Both the position numbers and the translations under genes were made by a program. Below are positions 27,047 through 36,112 of a stretch of DNA of 64,000 nucleotides, piece after piece; the stretch's first letter is position 1, and the number at the start of each line of letters is the position of its first letter. The notes under the pieces are model-generated. The model had not been told where the DNA came from and ran no database searches. It saw only the letters and a program-made list of their open reading frames with translations. The stretch lies in IMG/VR virus record IMGVR_UViG_3300042445_001485; one strand, given 5' to 3'. Source of the stretch: a virus. Taxonomy: Duplodnaviria; Caudoviricetes.

Positions 27047-27225
27047 TGTCTAATAACACCTGCTACGATAAAGCAGTTAGTTACAATATATGTTAACACA
27101 ATCACAGTGCGAATGCAAGCAATACGGTCCGATTCACGATCTGTATCGCCTGACTTTTCGCCCAGGGCCTTGGCCCATAGCCTCCAAATTTGTTTCATGA
27201 ACCACAATCTATACGCCATGGGCAA
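27037..27225 (-). CDS. Small membrane protein
   Basis: WAKALGEK...C-terminal TM segment. Confidence 0.6.
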   Translation of the reverse strand: MPMAYRLWFMKQIWRLWAKALGEKSGDTDRESDRIACIRTVIVLTYIVTNCFIVAGVIRHWN

Positions 27226-27392
27226 TGTACCAGTGTGTCAATGGAGCAGTCATCATCACCAAAACAGGTGGGGGGCGGATTGAATCTTTTCAATCTAATC
27301 ATGGTGTGTATCTGTTTCCGTTCTTCACCGTCGGCTTTGCCTTCATTGGCAAGTATGGCTTCTCTGTTTAATAATTCTTGTATGTGGCTCAT
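27195..27392 (-). CDS. Small hypothetical protein with Cys-rich tail
   Basis: 65 aa ORF with ATGA overlap. Confidence 0.6.
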   Translation of the reverse strand: MSHIQELLNREAILANEGKADGEERKQIHTMIRLKRFNPPPTCFGDDDCSIDTLVHCPWRIDCGS

Positions 27393-28009
27393 CGCACCCC
27401 GGATGCCAACACTATCTTACAGATGTGTTCTAATCGTTCAATGTGTTCAAAAGCTCTCCACGGGCTTGTGTCAATGGCAACAACTCCGTGGCCTTTAATG
27501 CCTACAATATCGTAGGCAATATTACCACGATCATCCAATTCTAATCTATAGTGACACTGGTCAGCAAGTTCTTGACTAATTGGTTTCACATCTCCCACAT
27601 TGGGTGCTACTTTGGTATAGCGACTGAGTTCAGGAAATGCATCAACAATGGTTCCAAGATCAATGCCGGCATGCATGGCCGCAACACAATAAGTAGGATG
27701 CAAATGTACGACCACACGAACATCCGTGCTGTGCTGTCCCATCTTCTTTTGTAGTCCGAAATGCAATGGAATCTCACCGCTGGGCTTTAGATTAGCACTG
27801 ATGTCGGTATAATAGTCCTCTTGCCAAAGTAATCCATGTATGCCGATCTTTTTAAATTGATCAGGTTGCATAGTCTGCTTACGCACACCACTGGGTGTGA
27901 TATAAAAGTGATCACGGTCGTGATGGCGAATACTCACATTGCCATCACGACTGGTAATCCAGTTTCTATTATATGCTTCGACTAAGGTCTCACAAATAGT
28001 TTCTAACAT
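27389..28009 (-). CDS. Class II aldolase/adducin family protein
   Basis: SRDGNVS, ITPSG, KPSGEIPLH, VVHLHP and GHGVV. Confidence 0.85.
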   Translation of the reverse strand: MLETICETLVEAYNRNWITSRDGNVSIRHHDRDHFYITPSGVRKQTMQPDQFKKIGIHGLLWQEDYYTDISANLKPSGEIPLHFGLQKKMGQHSTDVRVVVHLHPTYCVAAMHAGIDLGTIVDAFPELSRYTKVAPNVGDVKPISQELADQCHYRLELDDRGNIAYDIVGIKGHGVVAIDTSPWRAFEHIERLEHICKIVLASGVR

Positions 28010-28515
28010 TATGCAAACAAGTCCTCATTCCATTCACGATGTCCTTCACGGAACGCCATGTTGGCCTGTGTTTCGCGAACTTCTACACGATAGCACCAAA
28101 GTCTTGCGGCCTCACCCGGACCCCACATTTCGGGAATGTAAACACCATTAACATACTTGTACAGCATGTCACTGAGTCCTTCACAACCCAGTCGGGGCAA
28201 TACCACAACCTTGGCCATGTTCCGCTCCTGTAGCAACTTAAATGTTGCCATTTCAGGATCATCTTGTGCCACAATAAGTGTGTGGTCAAATTGATCTTCT
28301 AATGTTTTCTTTAGTTCTTTGAGTCCGCCATAATCGGCGGCCCAGTTACGCACATCCAGTTCGTTAGTTCCAAAATAGAACTTCATTGAGAATGAATATC
28401 CGTGTATCAAATTACAATGGCTATCGCTCCTCCACTGTCTATACGCACATGGAAATGCGTCGTGATACTCTTTGGTACTGGTATATTTGTATACCACGGG
28501 ATTTAATGTTGTCAT
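28009..28515 (-). CDS. queD: 6-carboxy-5,6,7,8-tetrahydropterin synthase QueD
   Basis: SHCNLIHGYS (CxxxHG), DYGGLK, FDHTLIV and VEVRET. Confidence 0.88.
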   Translation of the reverse strand: MTTLNPVVYKYTSTKEYHDAFPCAYRQWRSDSHCNLIHGYSFSMKFYFGTNELDVRNWAADYGGLKELKKTLEDQFDHTLIVAQDDPEMATFKLLQERNMAKVVVLPRLGCEGLSDMLYKYVNGVYIPEMWGPGEAARLWCYRVEVRETQANMAFREGHREWNEDLFA

Positions 28516-28524
28516 GCTGTTTCT

Positions 28525-28585
28525 CCTATGTTAATTATAGCATAGGCTGGCAGAGTTTGTAAAGCGGGATGAAGCCAAGGCCGCC
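28525..28585 (-). ncRNA. Candidate preQ1-I-like pseudoknot riboswitch plus SD-sequestering hairpin in the queD leader
   Basis: P1 GGCGG/CCGCU, loop CCUUGGCUUCAUC, A-rich UUACAAACUCU, P2 UUGGC/GCCAG; then CCUAUG/CAUAGG covering the AGGAGA SD. Confidence 0.5.
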
Positions 28586-28599
28586 GGTTGATTATGTAT

Positions 28600-29112
28600 T
28601 TATCTCCACCATTCTTCCCAGGGAAAAACACACCAAATGTCCTTCTCTAGTTTGTTGATGGAGGTACCTACATAGTCAGCATCTTTGAACGTACTGGCTT
28701 GGTTATTGACCATCACCGCAAAGCGAACATTGCTGTGCCAAATGTCTTGCCAAGCAGGATCACTGGGCATACACGAAGCAGGCCAATCATTTTTGATCCA
28801 TTCAAGTGTGGCACCCGAATCGTTGATGTCATCTACAACTAATATATTTTTACGATGAAACACACGGCCGCCACCATAGGCATCTTCTGCCATACCGCAG
28901 TTACTGGTTGGTCCAACTGTGCTGTCACGCAGGCTGACATCAAGTGTTTGCATGGGCACATTCATGTAATGACTCAACATGGTAGCAGGAATCAATCCAC
29001 CTCGACCAATGCCCACAATGTAGTCGGGTCGCCAGTTGTGTGCGGTCATGTCTCTGATGATGTTGTGTAACCAATACCGAACATCTTCGGGGGTGTAATA
29101 TGCTTTATGCAA
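28600..29112 (-). CDS. Purine phosphoribosyltransferase (Gpt/HPRT-like type I PRTase)
   Basis: IGRGGLIPA, PRPP loop ILVVDDINDSGATL and VFPWE. Confidence 0.85.
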   Translation of the reverse strand: MHKAYYTPEDVRYWLHNIIRDMTAHNWRPDYIVGIGRGGLIPATMLSHYMNVPMQTLDVSLRDSTVGPTSNCGMAEDAYGGGRVFHRKNILVVDDINDSGATLEWIKNDWPASCMPSDPAWQDIWHSNVRFAVMVNNQASTFKDADYVGTSINKLEKDIWCVFPWEEWWR

Positions 29113-29425
29113 AGTGTACCTCTCTTAAATTGTGTTGTTGAACATGTTCCATGAATTTCAATATAAACATACTGGCCGCACTGGCATCATCACCGTGGAA
29201 ATTTAGACGCACACCGCCTGATCCATCCTGTCTATAGTAACTGGGCTTGCCTTGGCCGTATTGCACAACGGGCAAATCAACAGTACTACCGCTTCTGGTC
29301 CATTTGAGCTCACGACCAACCTTGCCGCCGATGATTTCAAACCATTCAACCATTTCTTCGGTCAAACGGTCAATCTCAATAGCAATAAAGTAGTTGACTG
29401 TGACCCCGGGTGGTAGTTGCATCAT
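29105..29425 (-). CDS. Hypothetical protein
   Basis: 106 aa ORF with ATGA overlap. Confidence 0.7.
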   Translation of the reverse strand: MMQLPPGVTVNYFIAIEIDRLTEEMVEWFEIIGGKVGRELKWTRSGSTVDLPVVQYGQGKPSYYRQDGSGGVRLNFHGDDASAASMFILKFMEHVQQHNLREVHFA

Positions 29426-29877
29426 TTAGCGGCCCTGGCATCTAAATACTCGTCATGCGGTATCCAACCCCGGCGGGTCAGGAATCCCCAATCCCGTGTC
29501 TGTGGTCCAGGCATGAACAAGGTCCAACATTCTACACTGGGATCAAGTTCAATACGGTGATAACTGTTGGCACTACAAATACGAAAATGGCCGGGGCCAC
29601 GCCAGTTGGCAATTTCATTGCACTTTTCGCCGGCACTATTAAACTGCGGGATCCATTCCCAATACCCACCTTTAAGAATAACTGTGGCATAGGGCCAAGG
29701 ATGGTCATGCACATCATCTGGATCTGATTTTAAAAACTTGTGTAAAAACACATTAAAGGGAAAACGCTGTCTATCCTTGAGAAAAAGATAGTAGCGTTCC
29801 AAGTAAGGCTCGTTGTTGACACGATCCATAACAATGCGTCGACGACCATACCGTTCCAAAAAATTCAACAACCACAT
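29422..29877 (-). CDS. Cupin-like hypothetical protein
   Basis: HDHPW...GGYWE...YHRIEL...WTLF pattern. Confidence 0.6.
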   Translation of the reverse strand: MWLLNFLERYGRRRIVMDRVNNEPYLERYYLFLKDRQRFPFNVFLHKFLKSDPDDVHDHPWPYATVILKGGYWEWIPQFNSAGEKCNEIANWRGPGHFRICSANSYHRIELDPSVECWTLFMPGPQTRDWGFLTRRGWIPHDEYLDARAAK

Positions 29878-29933
29878 TCTTGCATATCCTTTAACAGATT
29901 AATTATAACACAATGCCAGCATATTTCCTACTC

Positions 29934-30716
29934 TTACGGTAATTTAGATACGATACTTTGTACTGTTTCTGTATAAGCATCGTTATACATGTGATAACCG
30001 CTATAACATGGGTGAGTTGATTGGCTATTCCCACCGGTAATGGTTAAGAAAGTAGTTGGTCCCTGATTAAATGATTTTACTTTGTTGTAGGTGTTTGTTG
30101 CATCTTGATATGTAGTCCACGGCACACATCCGTCCTTTTCGTGATGTACAAATACAATATTAATATCCAGTGGACTTTGAAACTTTACAAGATCGCGTGT
30201 ACCTGACAGTATTATGCCACTAATTTCTTTCATCCTGTTTTCTTTTTGTAATCGTCGAACAAATGCACTGGCTGTAAACGATCCGTTGCTGTGACCCATT
30301 AGCCAGATTGGTAAATTTTGTCCTTGATGATGTTTTAGTACAGAATCTATTCTGTCTAAATGATCACCGGAGTCCCGCATTGCTGGATAACCCGTTGGTC
30401 CAGAATCTTTCAATGGATATGGGCTATCTACAAAAACTACATTATAACCTGCATCAGCAATCATCTGTAGCATACGCGGTTGGTTTCTGCTATGCTTTAT
30501 ATTTTCATTTATTTTAAAACTGCCCTCACCGCCAGGGAAGAATATTATCGTAGCCCGAGCAATTGGGTTACTAAAAGTATAAATGGTAGTGGGATCTTTA
30601 CTACCAAAAAAACTTTTTGGTGCATCGATAAATTGTAAACTGCCACAATGCCCTATGTTACATAGGGTAAACGAAAGTATTACAAAGCCGGTTTTGAGTA
30701 AATTTGTTAAGTTCAT
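29934..30716 (-). CDS. Secreted alpha/beta hydrolase
   Basis: Signal-like N-terminus, nucleophile elbow GHSNG, HHEKDGC and GYHMY; own promoter at 30723-30751. Confidence 0.75.
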   Translation of the reverse strand: MNLTNLLKTGFVILSFTLCNIGHCGSLQFIDAPKSFFGSKDPTTIYTFSNPIARATIIFFPGGEGSFKINENIKHSRNQPRMLQMIADAGYNVVFVDSPYPLKDSGPTGYPAMRDSGDHLDRIDSVLKHHQGQNLPIWLMGHSNGSFTASAFVRRLQKENRMKEISGIILSGTRDLVKFQSPLDINIVFVHHEKDGCVPWTTYQDATNTYNKVKSFNQGPTTFLTITGGNSQSTHPCYSGYHMYNDAYTETVQSIVSKLP

Positions 30717-30722
30717 GCAAGC

Positions 30723-30751
30723 ATTATACTAATGATTGCCTTTTACGCCAA
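30723..30751 (-). promoter_or_regulatory. Sigma70-type promoter
   Basis: TTGGCG-N17-TATAAT. Confidence 0.6.
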
Positions 30752-30752
30752 A

Positions 30753-31487
30753 TTAGCGGGGGGCAAAGTCTTGTTGTAGTTTGATGTTGTCAAAGAATTC
30801 CTTCTTTGTACTTTGGTCTGTTTGGAAAGCGCCATGTAATACTGTGGTTTGGGTCAAACTACTATGAGCCATAATACCCCTGTTCTCACAGCAACCATGT
30901 GTGGCTTGTATGTATACACCAACATCCGACGACCCGGTTGCATACTCAATTTCACGAGCAATGTCCATGCACAGTTCTTCTTGTAAGGTACCTCTACGGG
31001 CACACCATTGTGCAATCCTGGTGTACTTGGAGAGTCCAATTAGTTTTGGTCCTGCAATGATACCAATGTATGCCACCCCCGACACAGGCTGATGATGGTG
31101 ACTACACATTGATTTGAGCTCACTGCGTACTACCAACATGCCCTCATACTTGCCATCTGTATCATTGGGAAAGGCTGTGGCATTTGGACTTGGTTCATAT
31201 CGCCCTGCCATTACTTCATTAAAGTACATTTTGGCCAGGCGTCGTGCTGTATCTTGGCTATTGGGATCTGTTTCACGATCTATTAACAATGCATCAAGTA
31301 CACCTTCGAATGCTTCTGTGGCATCGTCGATTAGTTGTTCTTTGTCAGCTTCACTGACATAGTCACTGATGTTGTCGCCAGCCCAAAATCTTTTGCCGTC
31401 ACGCTTCATTCGAAAACGAATAGCGTCGCCTAGGTAACCTTCTTCATAGCCCTTGTCGTCTATGGTATCAATCCAATTTTCGTTCAA
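30753..31487 (-). CDS. folE: GTP cyclohydrolase I FolE
   Basis: DTARRLAKMY, SMCSHHHQP, GLSKYTRI, LQEEL and ATHGCCENRG. Confidence 0.95.
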   Translation of the reverse strand: MNENWIDTIDDKGYEEGYLGDAIRFRMKRDGKRFWAGDNISDYVSEADKEQLIDDATEAFEGVLDALLIDRETDPNSQDTARRLAKMYFNEVMAGRYEPSPNATAFPNDTDGKYEGMLVVRSELKSMCSHHHQPVSGVAYIGIIAGPKLIGLSKYTRIAQWCARRGTLQEELCMDIAREIEYATGSSDVGVYIQATHGCCENRGIMAHSSLTQTTVLHGAFQTDQSTKKEFFDNIKLQQDFAPR

Positions 31488-31528
31488 TTCTATTCTCCGA
31501 GTTAGTAAGACGAGGATGTCTTTGTTGT

Positions 31529-31557
31529 ATTGTAATATCTTTAACTTGTAAAGTCAA
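31529..31557 (-). promoter_or_regulatory. Sigma70-type promoter for folE
   Basis: TTGACT-N17-TACAAT. Confidence 0.7.
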
Positions 31558-32125
31558 CGGTTCTCAAGTCCGGATATTGATGATATTTAGGTTCCGGGTC
31601 AACCATGGGTAATTTTTCTATGCCCACGGCGCAGGTTTCTAGTGTGGGGCAATAGTGATAACCTTCACCAAAAGTCTGTTGTCGTTCCCATGGCGAGATC
31701 AACAAGTCTCTACCATCGCTACGCATTAGGCTCAGTTCGCGATATTGTGCATACGAGTCTGTTAGGATAGCTCCGGCCCGACCTATGCTCAATGGCTTGC
31801 CATGACCAAAACTCAGACATTGCATCTGTCCTGGTCTATACATGCCCCGACGCAGTAACCTGGCACTATCCCAAATGTTGGTGCCTACAAAATTATACTC
31901 TCCAATAGAGTTCCAATAGTCAGACCTTAAGGTATAGTGTACACCTAGTTGTCGCATTAATTGTGGAATACTGATGTAGGTAAATGCAGAGAACTCACAG
32001 GAAGTAATCCTGTTGAATCTAAAGCATAACTCTATAGCATGAGTGCATCCGTCTGTGACAACCACATAAGGTGCGCCGGTATATTCTGCCAACGCAGATT
32101 CAAATTTAAACAGGTCGTGAAACAT
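31541..32125 (-). CDS. Short DegT-like PLP-dependent aminotransferase homolog
   Basis: TDGCTHAIEL, IWDSA and LSFGHGKPL...GAILTD; only 194 aa. Confidence 0.65.
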   Translation of the reverse strand: MFHDLFKFESALAEYTGAPYVVVTDGCTHAIELCFRFNRITSCEFSAFTYISIPQLMRQLGVHYTLRSDYWNSIGEYNFVGTNIWDSARLLRRGMYRPGQMQCLSFGHGKPLSIGRAGAILTDSYAQYRELSLMRSDGRDLLISPWERQQTFGEGYHYCPTLETCAVGIEKLPMVDPEPKYHQYPDLRTVDFTS

Positions 32126-32951
32126 CGGGGTTTACCTTGATCCAATCTTTGATTGACATCCAATTTTGTGGACCGATAGCCTCGTACAACTTGTTAGTGT
32201 TGGCACAAGTATAGACTTGATAATTGCCTTTTAATACTTCTGGCATATCTATATATTCTATGTTGGCGTGAGTTAGTCTAACAATTTGATCAGCTACATG
32301 TTTGAAACTTACAGCAGTACCAGTACCCACATTCCAGATTCCTGAATTGATTACTTGCTGTATGAATTGTATATGTGTCCAGGCAACATCTTCAACACAA
32401 ACAAAATCTCGCAAATAATAATCACTATTATGAAATAGTTTTATGGTATTTGTAGCATTGGCCTGTAATCTAAATTGGGTGACAGGACTTGCTTGTGATC
32501 CTTTATGTTCTTCATGATTACCATAAACATTAAAGTATCTAAATCCTTGCACAATGATTTTTCCGGTGGGATTTTGTTCTACATGTCGATCAAACAGGTA
32601 CTTGCTCCAAGCATAGGGGTTGCGAGGATCGGGCGGACTATCTTCTCGAAAATCAGATACAAGTCCGTACACACTGGCACTACTGGCATACTGTAAGTTA
32701 ATGCCTTCTTCACAACAGCGTTGATACAGCCAACGACTAAAGTCGTAGTTGGTACGCAGTATGCTATCAACATCACGCTCTACTGTACTTGAGTTTGCCC
32801 CCAAGTGTACGATCCAATCATAATCATTGAACAACAGATCGAGTTCATCTGTACTATCCCATCCGTCAACATGCCAGTCGGTATGTTGTTTAAAATAGGC
32901 AATTAGATTTCGACCAATGAACCCTTGACTGCCGGTGACCATTATTCTCAT
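32106..32951 (-). CDS. hldD: ADP-L-glycero-D-manno-heptose 6-epimerase (HldD/RfaD)-like
   Basis: TGSQGFIG, HLGANSST, YASSASVYG, PRNPYAWSKYLFD and RYFNVYGNHEEHKGSQAS. Confidence 0.85.
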   Translation of the reverse strand: MRIMVTGSQGFIGRNLIAYFKQHTDWHVDGWDSTDELDLLFNDYDWIVHLGANSSTVERDVDSILRTNYDFSRWLYQRCCEEGINLQYASSASVYGLVSDFREDSPPDPRNPYAWSKYLFDRHVEQNPTGKIIVQGFRYFNVYGNHEEHKGSQASPVTQFRLQANATNTIKLFHNSDYYLRDFVCVEDVAWTHIQFIQQVINSGIWNVGTGTAVSFKHVADQIVRLTHANIEYIDMPEVLKGNYQVYTCANTNKLYEAIGPQNWMSIKDWIKVNPDVSRPV

Positions 32952-33718
32952 ACAACCTCATCTACACTGGGTGCATAGTTACCGATGTGTTGTACAGTGA
33001 CAGCACTGGCACGGATGGCAAAGTTTATAGCAGGAGCCATGTTATCTTCTATTAGATATTTGTATGTCAATGCCGCTAAAAATGTATCTCCGGCACCGCA
33101 CACATCGGCAACTTCCACACGCCTAGTAGTAAAATGTATGTCATTCCATACGGCACCTTTATCACCTTGTGTGACAATTAGATCTGTACACCGACTGGTG
33201 ATACGACTCAATTCAAGTTGATTAATTTTTACTATACAGCCTTCAAGTCTTGCTAGATCTGTTTTCTTTGTGTCAACAAAAATAGGTCCTGTAAATCTTT
33301 GTTGTAATTCAGCAATTAACTTGTAAGTCACAGTGCCCTTGTTATAGTCACTGATAACAATAGCATCAAATTTTTCTGGCATGGCATGTAAGAACGCCAA
33401 GTTAAATTCTGGCCAATTTTCAAGTGGTGTACACTTACTATCGCTGTCGATGCGTACAATTTGTTGTTTACTGCGACTGTCAATCAGTCTAGTTTTTGTT
33501 GATTTTTCACAATGCAAGTAAAGAACTTCGCATCCTAGCATTTGTAAGTTTTTTAATACATTACCTGCCATGCCAGGTTTGCGTTCTTCGTGTGTGCATT
33601 CAAACACCGGCACAGGAGCCTCGGGACTGATACGATCCACAGTTCCAAACTGGTAAACATCAACGCAGTCGTCGCCGATTAGTAATATCTTGAATTGTCT
33701 TGGTTGTTGAGTATTCAT
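32948..33718 (-). CDS. Heptose-7-phosphate kinase-like (HldE/RfaE domain I, PfkB family)
   Basis: RISPEAPVPV, PGMAGNV, ISDYNKG and DVCGAGDTF. Confidence 0.88.
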   Translation of the reverse strand: MNTQQPRQFKILLIGDDCVDVYQFGTVDRISPEAPVPVFECTHEERKPGMAGNVLKNLQMLGCEVLYLHCEKSTKTRLIDSRSKQQIVRIDSDSKCTPLENWPEFNLAFLHAMPEKFDAIVISDYNKGTVTYKLIAELQQRFTGPIFVDTKKTDLARLEGCIVKINQLELSRITSRCTDLIVTQGDKGAVWNDIHFTTRRVEVADVCGAGDTFLAALTYKYLIEDNMAPAINFAIRASAVTVQHIGNYAPSVDEVV

Positions 33719-34070
33719 CTTTTAATTTGAAAAATTCTATTTGCTTGCAATATTCTTGTCCAATAATTGGATAGCCTTTGTAGTCACTGCCCTTGACCAT
33801 GATATCAACACCGTACTGCTTGATCGTGTCAACTAATTCTTGATCAGAATCAAAAATACAAACCTTGTCAACATATTTTAAACTCTCTAGCATAAATTGT
33901 CTATCAATTTGGTTATTGATAGGTCTAGCACTACCTTTTAGTTCTTGAACTCGTCTATCTGAGTCTATAGCAACTAATACTTCATCACCAAGACTACAAG
34001 CATATTCTAGCATTTCGAGATGACCTCGATGAACGATATCAAAGGTGCCGTTAACAAATACTCGGGTCAT
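33660..34070 (-). CDS. Heptose-1-phosphate adenylyltransferase-like (HldE/RfaE domain II)
   Basis: NGTFDIVHRGH, KGSARPIN, VKGSDY and YSTTKTI. Confidence 0.88.
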   Translation of the reverse strand: MTRVFVNGTFDIVHRGHLEMLEYACSLGDEVLVAIDSDRRVQELKGSARPINNQIDRQFMLESLKYVDKVCIFDSDQELVDTIKQYGVDIMVKGSDYKGYPIIGQEYCKQIEFFKLKDEYSTTKTIQDITNRRRLR

Positions 34071-34426
34071 CGTTGGCTATCACCTTTGCCCACACGATAG
34101 TTGTCTTCCACACTGTCTGGTGTACTAACTTCGATTACCGTACCAGCTTCAACGCATTCTAGTTGATGCGGCTTGCAAGGTTCATTGTGCCAGACTGCAC
34201 CGTCACGCAATTCTGTTTCGTGTTGTTCAGCGGTGGCAGTATCAATCCACCGAACAATAAATTTACCTGATTGTACATACCAAGTTTCTTCTTTGTCTCT
34301 ATGAAAGTGCATACTGAACTTGGCACCGGTGTTGAAGTTCATGAATTTGCCGCAGTATCGGTCGTTCGTGGCCCAGATAAATTCTGATCCCCAACCTTTT
34401 GGAACTAGGCCTTTTAGTTGTGTCAT
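34067..34426 (-). CDS. Cupin, sugar-phosphate isomerase-like
   Basis: KGWGSEFIWA, SMHFHRDKEETWYV, PHQL and EVST. Confidence 0.75.
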   Translation of the reverse strand: MTQLKGLVPKGWGSEFIWATNDRYCGKFMNFNTGAKFSMHFHRDKEETWYVQSGKFIVRWIDTATAEQHETELRDGAVWHNEPCKPHQLECVEAGTVIEVSTPDSVEDNYRVGKGDSQR

Positions 34427-35394
34427 TTAGTGTACCATTTGTGTGCTGAGTCGATAATAGTTTCGATGTTGCTGTATTTGGGAACCCATCCTAATAGGTT
34501 CTTTGCCTGTGTGGCGTCTGCTACTAGTATATCTGGATCGCCAGGGCGTCTTGTTCCGTAATTGACAAATGGTAGTCCGTATTTGTTAAACACATAATCA
34601 ACAATTTGTTTATTACTTATACCCTCCCGAGTGCCAAGATTTAAAACATAAGCACCTGGTTGCGGATAGTCATCTAACAGGTAGTTGACACCCAATATGT
34701 GCGCTTGTGCCAAATCCCATACGTGTACATAGTCTCGAACACAAGTACCATCATCTGTGTCGTAATCGTCACCGTTGATGGTAAACGCACGATCAGCAAT
34801 GCTGGCTTCTAATGCACGAGCAACAATATGTGTAGCGCCCGGTTCTTGACCTAGATCCGAGTTAAAGGGCTCGGCACCTGCCGCATTGAAGTACCTAAAA
34901 CACATGCTATGAATATCGTATGCTCGGAAGTAATCATCCAGTATGCGTTCAGTCATGGCCTTGGTGGCACCATAGGGACTGATAGGTTGTATGTCACTGC
35001 CTTCATCGGTGGGCCAAGTGTCGGGCACACCATAAACACTGGCACTGCTACTAAACAAGATCACAGGCCGTTTGGACATGTGTCTAACAACATTCAACAA
35101 GGCAATGGTCTTAACTATGTTGTTGGTGTAGTATTCAGCGGGGTCAGTCATGCTGGGTCCAACCAAGCTGGTACCAGCACAATGCACAACAACATCAGGT
35201 TCTAAATTAACAATCAGTGACAATGCCTCGTCACTGGCAAAATCGGCAATCAGATATCCATCAATGTCTTTGAGAGTATGATCTCGTTTGATTTGATCAA
35301 TGATGTTTACAGTATCATTGTTTTGTTTAAATGCTCGCGCAACATGGCTACCTATGTAGCCACATCCACCTGTTACAACAACAGTTCTGTTCAT
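34423..35394 (-). CDS. galE: UDP-glucose 4-epimerase GalE
   Basis: TGGCGYIGSH, YGATK, RYFNAAGA and DGTCVRDYVHVWDLAQAH. Confidence 0.9.
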   Translation of the reverse strand: MNRTVVVTGGCGYIGSHVARAFKQNNDTVNIIDQIKRDHTLKDIDGYLIADFASDEALSLIVNLEPDVVVHCAGTSLVGPSMTDPAEYYTNNIVKTIALLNVVRHMSKRPVILFSSSASVYGVPDTWPTDEGSDIQPISPYGATKAMTERILDDYFRAYDIHSMCFRYFNAAGAEPFNSDLGQEPGATHIVARALEASIADRAFTINGDDYDTDDGTCVRDYVHVWDLAQAHILGVNYLLDDYPQPGAYVLNLGTREGISNKQIVDYVFNKYGLPFVNYGTRRPGDPDILVADATQAKNLLGWVPKYSNIETIIDSAHKWYTK

Positions 35395-35576
35395 TATTTT
35401 GCTTTGGCAGCTACTCTCGCATTTTTAGTTTCGGTAATTTCGTTACGGCGTGCCTTGACTGCTTTACCTAGTTCTACCAGGGCCTTGCGAGCACGAGTGC
35501 CTGCGGCATTGTTACCGGCTTCAAACTTTGCACTCTCTGCTAGATATGCGTCAAAATGTTCTTGTAAATTTGTCAT
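35394..35576 (-). CDS. Small basic histone-like (Hc1-like) protein
   Basis: GNNAAGTRARKALVELGKAVKARR motif. Confidence 0.65.
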   Translation of the reverse strand: MTNLQEHFDAYLAESAKFEAGNNAAGTRARKALVELGKAVKARRNEITETKNARVAAKAK

Positions 35577-35605
35577 TTTATTTTCCTTTGTTAAATGATT
35601 ATTGA

Positions 35606-36112
35606 TCAACTATTCAATACTTTTGCCACTGAATTCATCACACTGGCAATACGGCCGATGTCACGAAGTTGTTCTACTGTGTAGCCTTCTTGCTTCAATG
35701 TTTCATAATGTGCTTTCACACAGAAGTGACACTTGCCCACAATACTTGCTGCCAAACTAAATGCTTCAAAGTTTGACTTGGTAGTTCCACCGTGGCTGGC
35801 AATGGCATTCATGCGTAACTGTGCTGGTAATCCTTTCAATGCTGGATCATCTGCCATCTCAACATAGGGATACCATACATTGTTCTGGGCCATAATACTT
35901 GCGGCGGTCATTGCTGACTCTGCGTGTACCGGAGCATCTGCTAAAATTACACTTAGTATTTTACCGTTACCAGTTGCGGCAAGTGCGGCCACGGCGCAAC
36001 CCATGGCAACATCTGCATCCAATGTGCTACGCAAAAGAACAGCATCAAGATTCAACTTGGTGTCTTTTGCGTAGTCTGGCAACGCCGATTTAACTGCATC
36101 AATGAATGCCAT
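35606..36112 (-). CDS. ahpD: Alkyl hydroperoxide reductase AhpD
   Basis: LPDYAKDTKLNL, MAQNNVWY and GKCHFCVKAH (CxxC). Confidence 0.9.
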   Translation of the reverse strand: MAFIDAVKSALPDYAKDTKLNLDAVLLRSTLDADVAMGCAVAALAATGNGKILSVILADAPVHAESAMTAASIMAQNNVWYPYVEMADDPALKGLPAQLRMNAIASHGGTTKSNFEAFSLAASIVGKCHFCVKAHYETLKQEGYTVEQLRDIGRIASVMNSVAKVLNS

